A stretch of 64,000 bases of DNA from an uncultured bacterium. Lineage in GTDB: Bacteria; Patescibacteriota; Doudnabacteria; UBA920. The position numbers and the translations under genes are program-made. The stretch is taken from assembly GCA_963749445.1 (NCBI GenBank), contig CAVVMJ010000003.1:715-64714 (forward strand). The letters are read 5' to 3'. Positions 62,201 through 64,000 of this stretch are shown here, piece after piece. Each line of letters starts with the position of its first letter. The first letter of the stretch is position 1. The notes below the pieces were generated by a model, which worked only from the letters and a program-made list of their open reading frames with translations, did no database searches and was not told where the DNA came from.

Positions 62201-62404
62201 GGAAGAATTAATGTAAATATTCAAATCCACGGAACTTCCGGGCACAACGTTAGTAGCGGAATCCATAGTCAGCTGGACAGTGCTGTCGGCATGGGCTAAA
62301 GGAAAATTTTGGTGGATTTGATTAATCACAAAACCCGCCAATAATCCCGAGATAAAACAAAGGGTAAGTTTGCCTTTATTGCGGAGAAAAAAAGATAAGT
62401 TCAT
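59237..62404 (-). CDS. Large secreted repeat protein: cohesin-like, Ig-like, Cys-bounded modules
   Basis: Signal peptide; near-identical internal repeats in the order A-B-C-A-B-C-A-C. Confidence 0.8.
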   Translation of the reverse strand: MNLSFFLRNKGKLTLCFISGLLAGFVINQIHQNFPLAHADSTVQLTMDSATNVVPGSSVDLNIYINSSGAPQQPAGVQFALNYNPADITSISWKADGQATKDAGDSASCASSSGRLFCLIAGLNNNTIANGTLGTVTVTLSISTSAVSIPLHFSDARWTTLDGKSDSMTATDVNLTVKQSQNNMPPTVAIVSPASGAAVSGSSATITATAAAQSGATIANVAFFIDGNTALGTANVTPYAVSWNTTAFANGSHILTAKATDSLGQIGTSNGVSITINNAVSNPLSCQPTSSTNININGSVSFSATGGQSPYALIASGASNISGLTATYNNSGSYSVSVNDNAGHSASCGTVTVSPNTPACTAPSSGNVIAPANVDPGQVFNVSCDFGVANAFIPTPGGCSSFTGFSGTAANFSCTAPGSGSIVIMCQIQNKVGYTNVCSTPTAVSNAINVSAPTTFTATASATATVSCPNGSTQTATAPATATSNVSQQDAQSKAQNQAQINAQNQAQSQCPAPVNLTCQPTSSTNINVNGSVSFQGSGGNGNYSLSAPGANVSGLTATYGNSGSFQVTLSDNAGHSASCGTVMVNVNNQVCMTPSSGIVTAPARVDSGQVFSVSCDFGVANAFIPTPAGCNSFTGFTGTAANFSCTAPNSGAEIIMCQVQNKSGYANVCSTPTAASNPIYVNANNPTTFTATVTQTATVSCPNGSTQTATASATATSNVSQADAQSKAQAQAQINAQNQAQSQCPAPVNLTCQPTSSININVNGSVSFSANGGQSPYTLVASGASNISGLTATYGNSGSFQVTLNDNAGHSASCGTVNVSQPNPTTFTAIVTQTATVNCPAGGTQTATASATATSNVSQADAQNKAQNQAQINAQNQAQSQCPAVAQTVSCSASQSSVNVNQAVIFMAIGGSGSYSWSGGENPASGSGASFSTSYSSSGGRSVTVTSGSQSASCSVYIIPQSTGGNLNPINNSFNNTTINTCVNNSCNNYNYSGTYNNLAPNIVNPTSFGNPLPSNLANNINNMVNQAIANAGVSGNFQVNFGYIPQGQWFPAR

Positions 62405-62408
62405 ATGC

Positions 62409-62939
62409 TTAAATTATAATGATATTTACTTTAGAAAGGGGCGGGCGCAAGCGGAGCTTGCGCCTCCTGGTCATTTTGGTAGCCCGCCGCGCTGCCAATA
62501 CCACCATGGCCGGCGTGTCGGCAAGGTACCGACGGCAACAGGGATATTTTTCCCCTGAGCCGTAATTCCAAGGGTTTTGGTAAGGCCGATTGCAGTTCTG
62601 GAAAATTCGACCGATACCTCGGCCACCACCCCATCTCTGATGGTTTTCTCGTCGCTTCCCGGCCTTCCCGATCAGTAGGCACTTCGTGCCATCTGCGACA
62701 GGCGAACACAACAGTTCTTTGCCTGCGTCTTTGGCCGCCTGCCCGGCGGCCACGGAGACCAAAAAGTCTTTCTGATGGGTCAACGTCCACTGCATTTCTG
62801 CAATGCCATCAGCGAAATTGGCGGAATTGTAGCTGAACACCAAATTTGTGGTACCGACACCGGGACTCAGGGTCAGGGTAGCAACCTGGCCAAACTCTGG
62901 CGCAACGGCCAATAACAAAACGACGACCAAGGTTCTCAC
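62409..62939 (-). CDS. Small secreted cohesin-like protein (probably frameshifted in its 3' half)
   Basis: AAGGAGG RBS, signal peptide; QW...AGQAAKDAGK.L.C...CL..G shared with the two downstream genes. Confidence 0.55.
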   Translation of the reverse strand: MRTLVVVLLLAVAPEFGQVATLTLSPGVGTTNLVFSYNSANFADGIAEMQWTLTHQKDFLVSVAAGQAAKDAGKELLCSPVADGTKCLLIGKAGKRRENHQRWGGGRGIGRIFQNCNRPYQNPWNYGSGEKYPCCRRYLADTPAMVVLAARRATKMTRRRKLRLRPPLSKVNIIII

Positions 62940-63170
62940 TTGGCCCTCCTTTATTTATCTTAGATATGCGACTTTTGACCGATTCCTGGCTTAAAGACAA
63001 GCCTGCCATCAACCAAAAGTATCTGAATAATAAAGCAAAACGGCCTTTTATGCAACTCCCTTTTTGCTGCTTACTGTTATGGGAAACCATTGTATAACGG
63101 CCAATTAAAAAAACCGGCAGGACCTCTGGTGGTGAGGTCTTGCCGGTAGAGAAGTCTGATCGAAGCGCCT

Positions 63171-63710
63171 TCATTGGGGACAGGACGCCCGGCGCGATAT
63201 GGCGTTTGCCAGCGACCGCAGATCGGATATGTCAACCGACCCGTCGCGGTTGATGTCGCAACTGGCCATCGGGCACGTGGCAGTGCCCAAAATCACGGTG
63301 ATCATCGTCCGATAATCACCTATGTCAACCACCCCATCGCCGTTGATATCGCAACGGTTTTGGTGGACCAACATGTTGATAAACCCGTAGGTTCCTACGG
63401 GCCAACCATCAATCTGTCCTTGCGGCGTGGTGGCCATCGTCCCGCCTGAAATCAGACAGGTCGTGACCTTCGCGTCGGCTCGCGCAACCGTCTGGCAGGC
63501 GACACTTGCGCCAGCATCCACATCTGCCGTTAGCAGAGTGACGGTATACGTCAGAAAAGTCGAATACTGGAATGTCCACAAATTACCGAACGGCGGATCT
63601 GTGGGTGAGTCCCCCAACAACGGGAGGAGCATACCAATCAAACCAACCAGTACGAGTCTCTTCACTATTCCAACCTCCATTTTCAGTTGTAATTTGTTTG
63701 GCACCCTCAC
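63171..63710 (-). CDS. Secreted protein with dockerin-like duplicated EF-hand motif
   Basis: CDINGDGVVDIGD...CDINRDGSVDISDL. Exact start uncertain. Confidence 0.7.
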   Translation of the reverse strand: MRVPNKLQLKMEVGIVKRLVLVGLIGMLLPLLGDSPTDPPFGNLWTFQYSTFLTYTVTLLTADVDAGASVACQTVARADAKVTTCLISGGTMATTPQGQIDGWPVGTYGFINMLVHQNRCDINGDGVVDIGDYRTMITVILGTATCPMASCDINRDGSVDISDLRSLANAISRRASCPQ

Positions 63711-64000
63711 GGATGCCGCAAAGTTAGCTACCGCGCCGCGGCCGCTGCCACCAACCCTCTAGCCTTTAGCAGGGAACGGTTGATGCAACCATGGGAAACC
63801 CCTGCTACTCTGGCCGCCTCCCTAGCCGTGCTTCCTTGCTCAATCTTACGGACGAATTCCTGCTGAACGCGCGAAGCCAGACGCTTGTTTGCTACAATCA
63901 ACCGTTTGGCCTCCTCACGAATCCGCTCTTGCGTAGCAATCTGGATTCTCCTCTTGGAGTCGGCCTCGGGTCCAGCCGCGGCCAACTCTTTAGCCTTTCG

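Noticed and set aside
63728-64000. ORF at the right window edge
   Set aside because: It is probably the 3' end of a gene starting outside the window; too little sequence to assign.

Overview
64-kb chromosomal window that looks like a Patescibacteria/CPR genome. This is an inference from gene content, A-rich leaders without Shine-Dalgarno sites, surface-repeat proteins and abundant palindromic repeats. Housekeeping genes include hrcA-grpE-dnaK-dnaJ with a CIRCE site, uvrA, uvrC, secG, rnj, trpS, ychF, rpsF-ssb-rpsR, efp and msrB. Accessory content includes type II and type III restriction-modification systems, toxin-antitoxin genes and large secreted proteins. The strongest signal is a complete diversity-generating retroelement (47053-49779). 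Its 121-bp TR and VR differ at 15 positions, all at TR adenines, and its layout is non-canonical: TR(+), avd(-), RT(+), target(-), with avd and RT start codons abutting as CAT|ATG. Other notable features: (1) an intact tRNA-Leu nested inside the D-loop of a second, degenerate tRNA-Leu; (2) an integrated rolling-circle element at tRNA-Lys carrying two long hairpins that resemble ssDNA promoters; (3) palindromic coding segments in ORF6N and Bro-N-type genes; (4) a switch-like structured RNA upstream of the type III mod gene; (5) a tandem array of three orphan paralog cassettes; (6) in-frame repeat insertions in conserved genes; (7) a cohesin/dockerin-like gene cluster. Many single-base frameshifts in conserved genes are probably long-read assembly errors. 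All family assignments are by eye, without database searches.
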